Under the pieces are notes generated by a model that searched no databases, was not told where the DNA came from, and was given only the letters and a program-made list of their open reading frames with translations. Positions 35,892-45,863 of a stretch of 64,000 nucleotides of DNA are shown in pieces. Location of the stretch: the IMG/VR virus record IMGVR_UViG_3300033066_000778, positions 89,959-153,958 of that record, one strand, 5' to 3'. Each line of letters begins with the position of its first letter. Positions within the stretch are counted from its first letter, which is position 1. The DNA is from a virus. Taxonomy: Duplodnaviria; Caudoviricetes. The position numbers and the translations under genes are program-made.

Positions 35892-36995
35892 ATGCTTACA
35901 AATCTCGAAACCTTCCGTACAGCCTTCGCGGTCAACGAACCTCTTCTCATCATGGGTCTTCCCGGTGTTGGGAAGACGAGAGCCCTTGAGGCTTTCCTTG
36001 AAGAGCAGAACGTTTCGTTCGTCACCTTGATTGCATCCATCAGGGAACCATCCGACTTCGGTGGTCAGCCCTTGATCGACCCCAATACGGGTGACTTCCG
36101 TTTGGCTCCTCCTGCATGGGCAAAGAAGCTGAAGGAAGCTGGTGACCGTGGACAGCGTACGGCAGTCTTCATGGATGAGATCACGACCTGTGCCCCTAGT
36201 GTACAGGCTGCTCTCCTCCGTGTCATCACTGACCGAGTGGTTGGTGAACTGAGCCTTCCCGATAACTGTTGGATGATTGCAGCGGCTAACCCGCCTGAAA
36301 TCGCTGCCAATGGTTACGAGTTGACTCCTCCCCTTGCCAATAGGTTCATCCACGAAGAGTACAAATTCGATCCCAGCGATTGGGTTCTTGAATTCCCCCG
36401 TTACTTTGGCAAGGTTCCGAAAGTATTCGGAGTTGACGAAGTGACCTGGGCTCAGGCAAGATCCTCCATCGCAGGATTCTTGTACACTCGTCCTAACCTC
36501 GTCATCGACTTCCCGAAGGAAGCTACCAAGCAGTCGAAAGCTTGGCCTTCCCCTCGTACTTGGGACAAGGCTTCCAGGTGCTTGGCTGGTAACAACAACA
36601 ACCTTGAGAAGGCTGTTAGCTCCATCGCTGGTGCCGTTGGTTCCGGTGCTGCTATGGAATACATCAGCTTCATGAGGACTTCTGACCTTCCCAACCCGGA
36701 AGAACTTCTCAAGGATCCTACCAAGTTGGTCCTGAAGGAACGCCGTGGAGACATCGTCTTCGCAGTTCTGTCCTCGGTTCATGCAGTGGTTGCTAACAAG
36801 CTCACTCAAGAACGTTGGGCAGCTGGTTGGAAGGTTCTCCATCGTGCCTTCACTCTCGGCTACCAGGACATCGCAACCTGTTGGGCTCGTCACTTTGCTG
36901 ATCGCTCGATGATTGTCAAGGGGTTCAATATCAACATCCCGGAAATCAAGCCCTTCCTTGATATCCTCAAGGAAGCTAACGTCGTCCTCAAGTAA
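35892..36995 (+). CDS. MoxR-like AAA+ ATPase
   Basis: GLPGVGKT Walker A, FMDE Walker B, AAANP, PLANRF, PSPRTW. Confidence 0.9.
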   Translation: MLTNLETFRTAFAVNEPLLIMGLPGVGKTRALEAFLEEQNVSFVTLIASIREPSDFGGQPLIDPNTGDFRLAPPAWAKKLKEAGDRGQRTAVFMDEITTCAPSVQAALLRVITDRVVGELSLPDNCWMIAAANPPEIAANGYELTPPLANRFIHEEYKFDPSDWVLEFPRYFGKVPKVFGVDEVTWAQARSSIAGFLYTRPNLVIDFPKEATKQSKAWPSPRTWDKASRCLAGNNNNLEKAVSSIAGAVGSGAAMEYISFMRTSDLPNPEELLKDPTKLVLKERRGDIVFAVLSSVHAVVANKLTQERWAAGWKVLHRAFTLGYQDIATCWARHFADRSMIVKGFNINIPEIKPFLDILKEANVVLK

Positions 36996-37009
36996 TCTCT
37001 AAGTAAACG

Positions 37010-37039
37010 AGGGGGTTAATTAGAAATAGTTAACCCCCT
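37010..37039 (+). terminator. hairpin, exact duplicate of 39413-39442
   Basis: AGGGGGTTAATTAGAAATAGTTAACCCCCT. Confidence 0.75.
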
Positions 37040-37058
37040 CTTTCCTATCAAGGAGTAT

Positions 37059-38363
37059 ATGATGGCTGAAAGCAAAACGTCCCCCATCGTTCTGTTGAGG
37101 TACAAGATCTCCACAGACTTCCCGTACTTCTCTTCACTTACATTCGGATTGATTCTTCGGGAAGTACCTGAAGACAGTGAACTCAAGACTTTTGCGATTG
37201 ATAAGTACATGAGAATGTATTACAACCCGAAGATGTTCGAAGTTTGTTCACCCGAACAGCTTAAGGCAATCTTCATCCACGAACTTCAGCACATTCTCCG
37301 TGAACATCATGAGCGTGGCGAACACTTTGAGAATCAGAAGTTGTTCAACATCGCTGGTGATTGCGAGATCAATGATGATCTTGAGGCTAACTTCAAGGGA
37401 CTGAAGCTTCCTGATTGGGCAGTCTTCCCCAAGAACTATGAACTGCCCGATGACAAACTTGCGGAATGGTATTACAATAACCTTCCCAAGGGATCCGAAG
37501 GTGGTGATGGAGACGGAGACGGCGAGGGAGAAGGTAAGTGCAACGGAACCTGTAAGTCTGGTAACCCAAAGGGTAAACCTAGTAAGAATGCTAGGTGTAC
37601 TTGTCCTCATCCTCCCAAGGGTAAGGATAGCTGTGGTTCACTGAAGGGTGGATCATGGGAAGAGGGTGAGCCGACTGACAAAGCTCCCGGTCACTCCAAG
37701 GTGATGCGAGACTTCTACCGTAAGGATACGGCTGAGAAGATCGTTGAAGCTTCCAAGTCTCGTGGTGATGTTCCTGCTGGATTGCTCCGATGGGCACAGG
37801 AACACCTGAAGAATAAGATTGACTGGAAGAAAGAGTTCCGGTCATTCGTTCTTAAGAAGATCAACGAGACGATCTCCGGTATGACTGACTACACATACCA
37901 GAAGCTCTCTCGTAGGCAGAGTGCCTTCCCTAATGTAATCGTCCCTGGATTCCACACTCCGGTTATCAACGTAGCTATCATTCAGGATACATCTGGATCC
38001 ATGAGTGATACCTACCTCTCTCAGTCTGTAGCGGAATTGAACAACATCCTCAAGGTTGTTCGTGCTAACGTCACTTACGTATCGGTTGATGCTGAAGTTG
38101 GTTTCCTTGGTAGAGTTACCAATACAACAAAGCTCCCGATGGTTGGTGGAGGGGGAACAGACATGCGAGTAGGCTACGAAGCTCTCGCTAAGGAGAAACA
38201 GAAACCTAATCTTATCATCTGTATGACTGACGGCTACACTCCGTGGCCTGATGCTCCTATCCCTGGTGTCAACAACTGCATCGTTGTCTTGTACGAAGGT
38301 GTTCAACCTAATGTTGGAGCGCCTGATTGGGCGAAGGTTCTCTACGTAGACGTAAAGGAGTAA
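37059..38363 (+). CDS. DUF2201-type metallopeptidase + VWA protein
   Basis: HELQH (HExxH), DTSGSM MIDAS, GGGGTD, TDGY. Confidence 0.9.
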   Translation: MMAESKTSPIVLLRYKISTDFPYFSSLTFGLILREVPEDSELKTFAIDKYMRMYYNPKMFEVCSPEQLKAIFIHELQHILREHHERGEHFENQKLFNIAGDCEINDDLEANFKGLKLPDWAVFPKNYELPDDKLAEWYYNNLPKGSEGGDGDGDGEGEGKCNGTCKSGNPKGKPSKNARCTCPHPPKGKDSCGSLKGGSWEEGEPTDKAPGHSKVMRDFYRKDTAEKIVEASKSRGDVPAGLLRWAQEHLKNKIDWKKEFRSFVLKKINETISGMTDYTYQKLSRRQSAFPNVIVPGFHTPVINVAIIQDTSGSMSDTYLSQSVAELNNILKVVRANVTYVSVDAEVGFLGRVTNTTKLPMVGGGGTDMRVGYEALAKEKQKPNLIICMTDGYTPWPDAPIPGVNNCIVVLYEGVQPNVGAPDWAKVLYVDVKE

Positions 38364-39403
38364 TGTATATGGCTATCGTAAAGAAACAGGTTATCACTTC
38401 AATGCTTTCTTCCCTGTATAACCGTACGACTCGTTCGGAAATGGATGGTATCGTCAAGACTGTTAAGGAACAGCAGTCAGACTACGACATCTATATCCCA
38501 TGCGAGACGGGTAAGATCCACTTGGTTCTCTTGAGGAAAGGTAAGCTTCACTTCTGTAACCATGATAAGGATGAACTGAAAGCTCACATCGGTTTGGATA
38601 TGCTTCGCTCTGAAGCATTCACCGATACTGAGTTGACAGGTTGTGCTTTACTCTACCGCTTCCTCAAGTATCCTATCACCAAGCGTGAGACGATCCTGAG
38701 AGAGTTTGGTTACAATCGTTACTCGTATGGATCGGTGGAATCTTTTAATACTATTCCGTCAAAGAAACAGTTCCTTCAGTGGCTTACTCAAGAGCCTATC
38801 TCTAGCGCGGTGGTAACCAAACCTACACGGAGACAGACGGCAAGAGGTAGGCAGAAAGAACTCATTGACTCGGTTCATATCACTGAGCCTGAACGTTTCC
38901 ATCCTACCTTTGAGACTGTCCTCGGCATGGTGTCCAAGACTATCGAGTACAACGAGTCCAAAGAGTTCCGTGGTGACTACAAGATGGCCTTCGACTCAGA
39001 GAAACTTCAGCTGGCATTCGGTAAGGAGTTCTCCATCAAGGCTACTGAAGTAGCTGAGCCACGAGATCGGTACGCATATGGACGCAGGCGTAAGCCAGTT
39101 ATCAATGAACTGACAACGGTTACTTTGGATTATGAGTGGTACAAGTCAGTCTTCAAGAATAAGCTAGCAGTATTCAATAACAAGCTCATCACAGCCGTGC
39201 TCAAGAAGCACTATGAAGGTTGCTATACAGTTCGTATGCTTATGAATACGCGAGGCTTTGGTGTCGTGGAAAAGGTCCAGCGTATCTACATCATGAGTCG
39301 TACTGAAGTAGCCGTCCCGAAAGAGGATTGGATGCACGGTGCTACATGGGAAAGGTATAAGAACATTCCCATCTGCGCCGGTCGAATGGAAGAAGTTAAG
39401 TAA
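38363..39403 (+). CDS. hypothetical protein
   Basis: coupled to the upstream gene, AAGGAG RBS. Confidence 0.7.
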   Translation: MYMAIVKKQVITSMLSSLYNRTTRSEMDGIVKTVKEQQSDYDIYIPCETGKIHLVLLRKGKLHFCNHDKDELKAHIGLDMLRSEAFTDTELTGCALLYRFLKYPITKRETILREFGYNRYSYGSVESFNTIPSKKQFLQWLTQEPISSAVVTKPTRRQTARGRQKELIDSVHITEPERFHPTFETVLGMVSKTIEYNESKEFRGDYKMAFDSEKLQLAFGKEFSIKATEVAEPRDRYAYGRRRKPVINELTTVTLDYEWYKSVFKNKLAVFNNKLITAVLKKHYEGCYTVRMLMNTRGFGVVEKVQRIYIMSRTEVAVPKEDWMHGATWERYKNIPICAGRMEEVK

Positions 39404-39412
39404 CTAATCAAC

Positions 39413-39442
39413 AGGGGGTTAATTAGAAATAGTTAACCCCCT
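39413..39442 (+). terminator. hairpin, exact duplicate of 37010-37039
   Basis: AGGGGGTTAATTAGAAATAGTTAACCCCCT. Confidence 0.75.
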
Positions 39443-39514
39443 TCTCCCTTATCTATAATTTCCTGGGCGTACATAACTGAAATTATTAACCCGTACAACT
39501 AAGGAGTATACAAA

Positions 39515-40492
39515 ATGGCTAACACAAATTTCGCTGGTATCCTTCCGTGGGCATTCGGTGCTGACGTTACCTCTTGTGAAACGACCGGCGATGTCCTCGT
39601 CATGTCTGGACTCAATTGGGATGTCGAAAAGATCCCCCTTCGTGCTGCTATCCCTGTTCAGAACGAAGCTGGTGAAACCATCGACCTCATCAAGCGTGTC
39701 GCTCGTAAGTTCGGTATCAACCGTAAGGATACCAATGAGATCATTGGTGTGGTTGGTAAGAACTTCCGAGCAGTCCCCAATGAAGAAGCCTTCAGCATCT
39801 TCGATGCTTTGACTTCCAGCGTCGGGTGTAAGTACACCAACGCTGGTTCCTTGGGTGATGGTGAATTGGTTTGGATGTGTGCGAAAGTTCCTTCCACTCT
39901 CCGTGTCCATGACACAGACGATGTGATCGAAGAGCACATGGTCTTGACGAATGCTTTCAATGGCACCAAGACTCTTACTCTCCGCTTCACTCCTGTTCGG
40001 ACAAAGACCAACAGTGTTCTCAACATCTCCCTTCGTAAGACGAAGGACACCATCTCTCTCCGTCATACCCGTAACCTTGACGACAGACTGAAGGAAGCGT
40101 CTGAAGTTCTTGGTATCAAACAGGATTACTTCGATAGCCTGAACGTTGTGTTCAACGAACTGGCAACGAAGCCTGTTGGTAGTAAGGAATTCGAAGCAGT
40201 CCTTGACGCTGTCATGCCCGTTCCCTCCGAGGGTAGACCTACCCGTCGTGAGAACTCCCGTGAACGGATCGTGGAACTTCTGGCAGAAGAGAATGCTACG
40301 GCTCCTGACGAACTGAAGAACACTGCGTGGACGGTGTTCAATGCATTCTCTTCCTACGCAGATCACCACAAGTCCTTCAAGTCCCGTAAGGACGAAGAGG
40401 GATCGAAGGAAGAACTCCGCTTCCTTTCCATCCTGTCCGGTCCTTCCCAGACGATGAAGAACTCCGTCCTGTCCGAACTCATGGCCCTCTAA
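39515..40492 (+). CDS. DUF932 family phage/plasmid protein
   Basis: GLNWDVEK, GVVGKNFRAVPN, AGSLGDG, TPVR, RHT, TAWTVFNA. Confidence 0.85.
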   Translation: MANTNFAGILPWAFGADVTSCETTGDVLVMSGLNWDVEKIPLRAAIPVQNEAGETIDLIKRVARKFGINRKDTNEIIGVVGKNFRAVPNEEAFSIFDALTSSVGCKYTNAGSLGDGELVWMCAKVPSTLRVHDTDDVIEEHMVLTNAFNGTKTLTLRFTPVRTKTNSVLNISLRKTKDTISLRHTRNLDDRLKEASEVLGIKQDYFDSLNVVFNELATKPVGSKEFEAVLDAVMPVPSEGRPTRRENSRERIVELLAEENATAPDELKNTAWTVFNAFSSYADHHKSFKSRKDEEGSKEELRFLSILSGPSQTMKNSVLSELMAL

Positions 40493-40506
40493 TTCAACTG
40501 AAGGAT

Positions 40507-40546
40507 AGGGGATACGTAGAGTATATGTATCCCCTTCTTTCTTTTT
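40507..40546 (+). terminator. intrinsic terminator
   Basis: aggggatac/gtatcccct followed by a T-tract. Confidence 0.7.
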
Positions 40547-40563
40547 AATTACTGGAGATTAAG

Positions 40564-41133
40564 ATGCCAAGAACTAAGTTTACATTCGACACTACTATTA
40601 AGATTGGCCCTTTCAAGTTTAACCTAGCTGAATCAACTTACAATTGTATCTACTGTGGTAACCCAGCGACGCTGAAGATGCTGGTAACAAAGAATCCTAA
40701 GTTGGCTAGTATCTTCAGACGTGAGGATATGAGATGGATGACTAATCATGCAAGGTTCTGCTCAACCAATTGTATCAAGGGTGAACTACTCAAGAAGTTC
40801 TTTGAGCTTAAGGTTCAAACAACTGACCTTAAGGTTGAGCAGTACCTCATGGAGCCTGATGACAATAGTAACATCGTTGTTAAACAACCTGTAATCCTAA
40901 ATACTACAGCACTATATGCAGCTAAACCATACAGGAAAGAAAGGATTATAACCTTCTCCTCTTATGGTCCTACCTTCGCTCCTTATCTTGTTGTTCATGC
41001 TCAAAAGATTGAAACTAAATGGGGAGGACATACCCAATCATACTGGATGCCTGAAGGTATCAATCTTTACACTGAAGGCGAGTTTGATCAAGTATACGCA
41101 CCTACTTGTAAACCTAACCGACTTGTACGATAG
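40564..41133 (+). CDS. long-form FCS Zn-finger protein (paralog of 49104 and 49606)
   Basis: KIGPF...CIYC...FCSTNCIK. Confidence 0.7.
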   Translation: MPRTKFTFDTTIKIGPFKFNLAESTYNCIYCGNPATLKMLVTKNPKLASIFRREDMRWMTNHARFCSTNCIKGELLKKFFELKVQTTDLKVEQYLMEPDDNSNIVVKQPVILNTTALYAAKPYRKERIITFSSYGPTFAPYLVVHAQKIETKWGGHTQSYWMPEGINLYTEGEFDQVYAPTCKPNRLVR

Positions 41134-41145
41134 GAATCGAACCTT
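41130..41145 (+). repeat. dispersed ATRGGAATCGAACC motif, copy 5
   Basis: ATAGGAATCGAACCTT overlapping a stop codon. Confidence 0.8.
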
Positions 41146-41421
41146 GTGTACATCTTAAATATTTACTATACATGCGTACCACTACCAATGGTAAGTCGTA
41201 CGTGCGCTTACTGCACTTATCCTATTGAAGTTGGTCCTGCATACTGTACCGTAGCTCAATTCAGTAAATTCGCACGACGAACAACGATGCCATTCATAAA
41301 GATCTTTTGTAGTAGAGAGCACTTTCTTTTATTCATAGATGAAGAAACAGACTATACTGTTGTTGGCTGTAATATGGATGTAATATATAGGATTATGGAT
41401 CCAACAGATCATCTACCATGA
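41146..41421 (+). CDS. degenerate FCS Zn-finger protein
   Basis: CAYC...FCSREH. Confidence 0.6.
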   Translation: MYILNIYYTCVPLPMVSRTCAYCTYPIEVGPAYCTVAQFSKFARRTTMPFIKIFCSREHFLLFIDEETDYTVVGCNMDVIYRIMDPTDHLP

Positions 41422-42014
41422 AAGAGATCTATACTCTAAACAGATTCTTTTCTACTCAACTATATTCCATCCTTCCAGAAACTCCTTTCTTCTGTCAAAC
41501 GTGTGAAGAAAAAAAGGTTATAAAGGATGGTAATGTAATAATGGCGTCCTTTAATTACGTATTAAAAGGACGTATGCATTACTTTTCCCATACCTTTTAC
41601 TTCTGTACCAGTGCAGAACTACTTGACTTCTTTCAAAAGAACAACGACTATATCGTAACAGGTATGACGCTAAATTCCTTCAAACAACAGGGCAAACCTA
41701 AAGGAAAAAAAGGAGAAGAAGAAATGGAAAATCCTAAGTTTCAGATTGAGAACAGCCCGACGTACTACCCATTCATCAAGAAGCTCGCTAACCGCTGCTT
41801 GGTGTGTATGAAGAAGAGCGAAGAAGGTAACGAAGATATCGTTTCCGTTTTCGATCCTGAACAGAAAACTTATATCCTTGCTGGTATCACTTGTAAGGAC
41901 TCTCACTGCGGAACAATGTTCATGCTCGCCAACGCCCATAAGGAAGCATACGTTATCCTTGAGGAGCAACTGAATGCCATCGCAGAGTACGAAGAAGAGC
42001 GCGCTAAGAAATAA
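41418..42014 (+). CDS. two fused Zn-finger units (internal RBS/ATG near 41724)
   Basis: CQTC...FCTS and CLVC...CKDSHC. Confidence 0.55.
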   Translation: MKEIYTLNRFFSTQLYSILPETPFFCQTCEEKKVIKDGNVIMASFNYVLKGRMHYFSHTFYFCTSAELLDFFQKNNDYIVTGMTLNSFKQQGKPKGKKGEEEMENPKFQIENSPTYYPFIKKLANRCLVCMKKSEEGNEDIVSVFDPEQKTYILAGITCKDSHCGTMFMLANAHKEAYVILEEQLNAIAEYEEERAKK

Positions 42015-44318
42015 TATACTGGTAATAATTGGAGCCTTCCGTCCAGCATGTGGCTGTGAAGGTTGTCAAAAGCCTATAACTAGATTGAGCGTAAGAACAA
42101 CGAGTCCAAAAAATAACAACATACAACACTATCAAGTGGATGTAAGTAGCATAACTAGATTCTATGATATACATCGTATCTATGTAGTACAAATAAAAAT
42201 AGCTGAAGTGAAAGACTTAGTAAAACAGTGCAATGAATACAACAATTATATAGAGAAACGATATGGTTAAACAAAGAGAAGCTCTAAGAATTGCAGAGGT
42301 AGGTAGTTCGGGCTATGCACTCTTATGCAAATGCGACGTATGTAAAGAAGAAATAAAGGGAGCTATAGCCCTTGACTTACGAATAGCAAAAGTCTATTCA
42401 CCTGAATCTCCGTTTGTAAACGGCTTTGTAAGTGGCTATACTTATACTAGGTTAGACGACAAGTATATTCCTGTCTTTTATGACAAACATGCTATCTACA
42501 TAACTAAGTTGATGTATAGCCACTTTCAAATGCTAACAAAACAGTACAGCAGCTTTAATTCGAGAAAAGAGTAACATGAGATTTGACTACAGCGCCTATG
42601 ATACATTAAAGATGCTTAACGTTAACCTCGTTAGAAACGATCCTTGTCTATGTAACGCTTGTATAGACTACTTGATAGACCATCCAACTTACGTTTTGGA
42701 GGTAGCTGAAAAGGACTTCAAAGAAATGATCGACCGATTCTTTCGCAATGATAGAGTACGTAAATGACTGAAAAAGATACAGCAATAGTATTTTGGCTAT
42801 CCGGTATATTCAACGTAACGCATCCAAGGTTTAAGGAGAAGAATGAATTAGACGAGTATGATGCTGCGCTCCTGAAAGCTAGACACATTGGTAACAAAAG
42901 TTACTTTACAATAAAAGTAAACATGACTAATGTTAACGTTGTATTTAATAAGCGCCGGTTGTACTTCCATAAGATTAGTCATAGGGACTTTACGTTCCTA
43001 GCCAGATACTACAACACATGGACGTACCAATGCCTACGAAAAGAAAGCAGTTTATAGTAAGTAAGATCGTAAGAATAAGTTGGGATAGAAACTGTAGACA
43101 CTGTAGAAAGAAGCGAGTAGTAAAGTATGACATCCATAAGAAAGAGATGGAATGGGGAAGGGTTATCTTTACTCTTTCTGATTACTACTGTATTTACTGT
43201 GCGCAAAAACTTCTAATGAGTAATAACGCGTACATAACTAACGTAAAGACATCAACCCTGGATACTTTACTGAGAGGAAAGCAATGAGAGCCGATGGTAA
43301 ATGGGTAGAAGGTTCTTTCTCCTGTACACTATGCCGTAGATCTTTCGATATGGAAGTTAAGCTTCGGACTAACGGTAATCAATCCTTTCTGGATATGCAT
43401 AATTCCGTTCACGTTGCTGACTTCTTTAACTATGTCTTCCAAGATGAAATGATCCGTAAAGCATTCTTTAACTTCAACAAAAACAAACTTACCATTGCTC
43501 TGCTCCAGAGTGGAACGTTTTACTAATGTTTCCTTCATTCGTAGTTTTCTCCACAATTTTTGAAGTAAGAGCTAATATGTGTCATGTACTACATGAGAAG
43601 TTTCCAATGACATTAAGAGTTTCATACCATTCTTACAAAGCAAAGACCCAAGGAAGAGCGAGGGCAATGATGTACCGTAATCGTTGCCCTCACCACTACA
43701 CGAAGGAAGATAGCTCTTACTTTAGTGAAGATGGATACTATGCTTTGGGATTGTCATTGAACACATTAAAAAGTGTCAGTGTAAAAGACCTGACAAAATG
43801 GATGTAACGACATGGCAGGTTACCTCACTTACACTATCATAACATGTAGATGCCACTCAAAGAAAGATGCGTTAGCGCATATGAAAGAGATGTTCTTTGA
43901 TGCCCGTCCTAACTACAATATATATGCTTGCAGTATTCCAGTAAAGTATATCAAACTTTACATTCCATTGGTCACGTACGTGACCAATGAAGAGTAAACC
44001 TTTATTCACAGTAATCAGCTGCTGCTGTGATATGTGTTTTGCCAGCTTAGAAGAAGAGCAGGTATTACTTAATGGCATACTATTATACATCTGTAGTCTA
44101 AAGATGTCTAAGTTACAGTACACATTTATTAAAGTCTTTTCAAAATGAGTTTCAATGCATTAAACATACATTTCATTGTTTGCGGTTGTGATAACTGTAT
44201 AGACGATGCAATGTATAGACTTAGAGCATACCCAACAGCGAATGTTTATGTTACAAGGATACAGATGTATTCATTGTTATACACACTACAAAAGGTATAC
44301 AGTAAAGGAGTAACGTGA
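41974..44318 (+). other. run of about 10 small coupled ORFs of the second small-protein family
   Basis: 41974, 42263, 42576, 42764, 43018, 43284, 43526, 43812, 43987..44148, 44145..44318; CxCxxC/CxxC motifs and, in most, a shared C-terminal Y-strand/helix. Confidence 0.6.
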
Positions 44319-45862
44319 ATTTAATATCACTACGTAATGATCGACTTGTAGTTCGTTTTGACTACGACCCTGGATATATTATCAGGGTTGGTAACATTCC
44401 ATCAGCTAAGTATGATAGTACTAATAAACTTTGGACGGTTGGTGTAGAATATCTTGACGGGGTCTTGTTTAACTTTCCTGACTTTCCTATTACTTCAGAT
44501 GTACAAAACATTCTCAGTAAAAGAAAGACAGTAAAGTTTATTGACAAGGCTCCTGAAAGTATCAATGGCATTAAGCTCTACCAACATCAGATAGATAATG
44601 TCAATACCATTCTTAACAAGAAGAAAGTCCTACTGGCTGATGAACAAGGATTGGGTAAGACGTATTCAGCCCTAGTAGCGGCTGAGCTTGCTAAGCTTCC
44701 TGTATACATTATTGCACCTAAGTCCCTTCATGCTATGTGGCGTAAGGAAGCAGAAGCGGTAGGCATCGAACCCGCCGATATAATTTCATGGGCTAAAATC
44801 CCTGATCCCCCTGATGATCCTAATATCTTCTGTATCCTTGATGAAGCTCATGCATTACAGAATATGCGGAGTAAACGAACACAAGACGTAATCTACTTCT
44901 GTAAAGAAGCTCCCATGATCGTGGCTATGACAGGTACACCACTTAAGAACGGTAGGCCAATAAATCTCTTTGGTATTCTTACAGTACTTAAGCATCCCTT
45001 GTCTTATAGCAAAAGACTCTATGAAGTAAATTACTGTAATGCCAAACCTACTAGGTTTACCAAATGGGATTGTAACGGTGCTAGTAACCTTCATGATCTT
45101 TACACCAAAGTGTCCAATATTCTAATTCGACATCGTAAAGAAGATTGTCTTGATCTTCCCGATAAGACTCGTGTAATCCGTGAAGCCGAACTTACAGCAG
45201 AAGCTAAGCGAATCTTTAATAGTACAATGACAAGATATGCTAATGAATGGCGAGAGAAAGTAAGGAAGGGTTGGGTTAACCCTCATGCTGAAAAGCTCGT
45301 TATGTACAGCGCATGTCGTCAAGCAGCATCATTGGCGAAGATCCCATCAGCCGTAGAGATAGCTGAAGAGCTTTACGATAATAATAGGCAAGGAGTATTC
45401 TTCGTATCTTACCGTCAAAGTGCTAATGCCCTTGCTGAGAAGCTGAGAGAACTCGGATATAGCGTAGGAGTAATTACAGGGGATTACAGCATCAATCAAA
45501 GGAACGAAAGTATTACTAAGTTTCAAGCTAGTAAAGACAACTTTATTATCTGTACCTTTGAAGCTGGTGGTGTAGGCATTACTCTTACTGCTGCAAGTTA
45601 TGTAACGCTCGTGGATAGGGCATGGACTCCCGGTATTGTTCTTCAAGCAGAAGATCGGGTACATCGCATCTCTCAAAAGAATGCGGTTACGAGTACTTGG
45701 CTCAGTATTCCAGCATATGATGATCCGATTGATCAGATGCTCATTGACAAATCCAAGAATATCTCTCATGTTCTTACAGGTAATCCTGAAATGGAAAAGA
45801 TAGAACTCGGATCGTCTAATGAGCTTGACTCAGTCTTCAGTAAGATCTTCATGAACTTCTGA
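44315..45862 (+). CDS. SNF2-family helicase with N-terminal HARP domain (SMARCAL1-like)
   Basis: VRFDYD..YD...KLW, LADEQGLGKT, DEAH, TGTP, QAEDRVHRI. Confidence 0.9.
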   Translation: MNLISLRNDRLVVRFDYDPGYIIRVGNIPSAKYDSTNKLWTVGVEYLDGVLFNFPDFPITSDVQNILSKRKTVKFIDKAPESINGIKLYQHQIDNVNTILNKKKVLLADEQGLGKTYSALVAAELAKLPVYIIAPKSLHAMWRKEAEAVGIEPADIISWAKIPDPPDDPNIFCILDEAHALQNMRSKRTQDVIYFCKEAPMIVAMTGTPLKNGRPINLFGILTVLKHPLSYSKRLYEVNYCNAKPTRFTKWDCNGASNLHDLYTKVSNILIRHRKEDCLDLPDKTRVIREAELTAEAKRIFNSTMTRYANEWREKVRKGWVNPHAEKLVMYSACRQAASLAKIPSAVEIAEELYDNNRQGVFFVSYRQSANALAEKLRELGYSVGVITGDYSINQRNESITKFQASKDNFIICTFEAGGVGITLTAASYVTLVDRAWTPGIVLQAEDRVHRISQKNAVTSTWLSIPAYDDPIDQMLIDKSKNISHVLTGNPEMEKIELGSSNELDSVFSKIFMNF

Positions 45863-45863
45863 T

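Noticed and set aside
35811-40369. Long minus-strand ORFs 35811..36893 and 39449..40369
   Set aside because: They are antisense to clearly identified MoxR and DUF932 genes; a codon-bias shadow.
44758-44775. GTAGGCATCGAACCC as a seventh motif copy (also ATGGAAATCAACC near 30029)
   Set aside because: Mismatched and inside coding sequence; could be chance.
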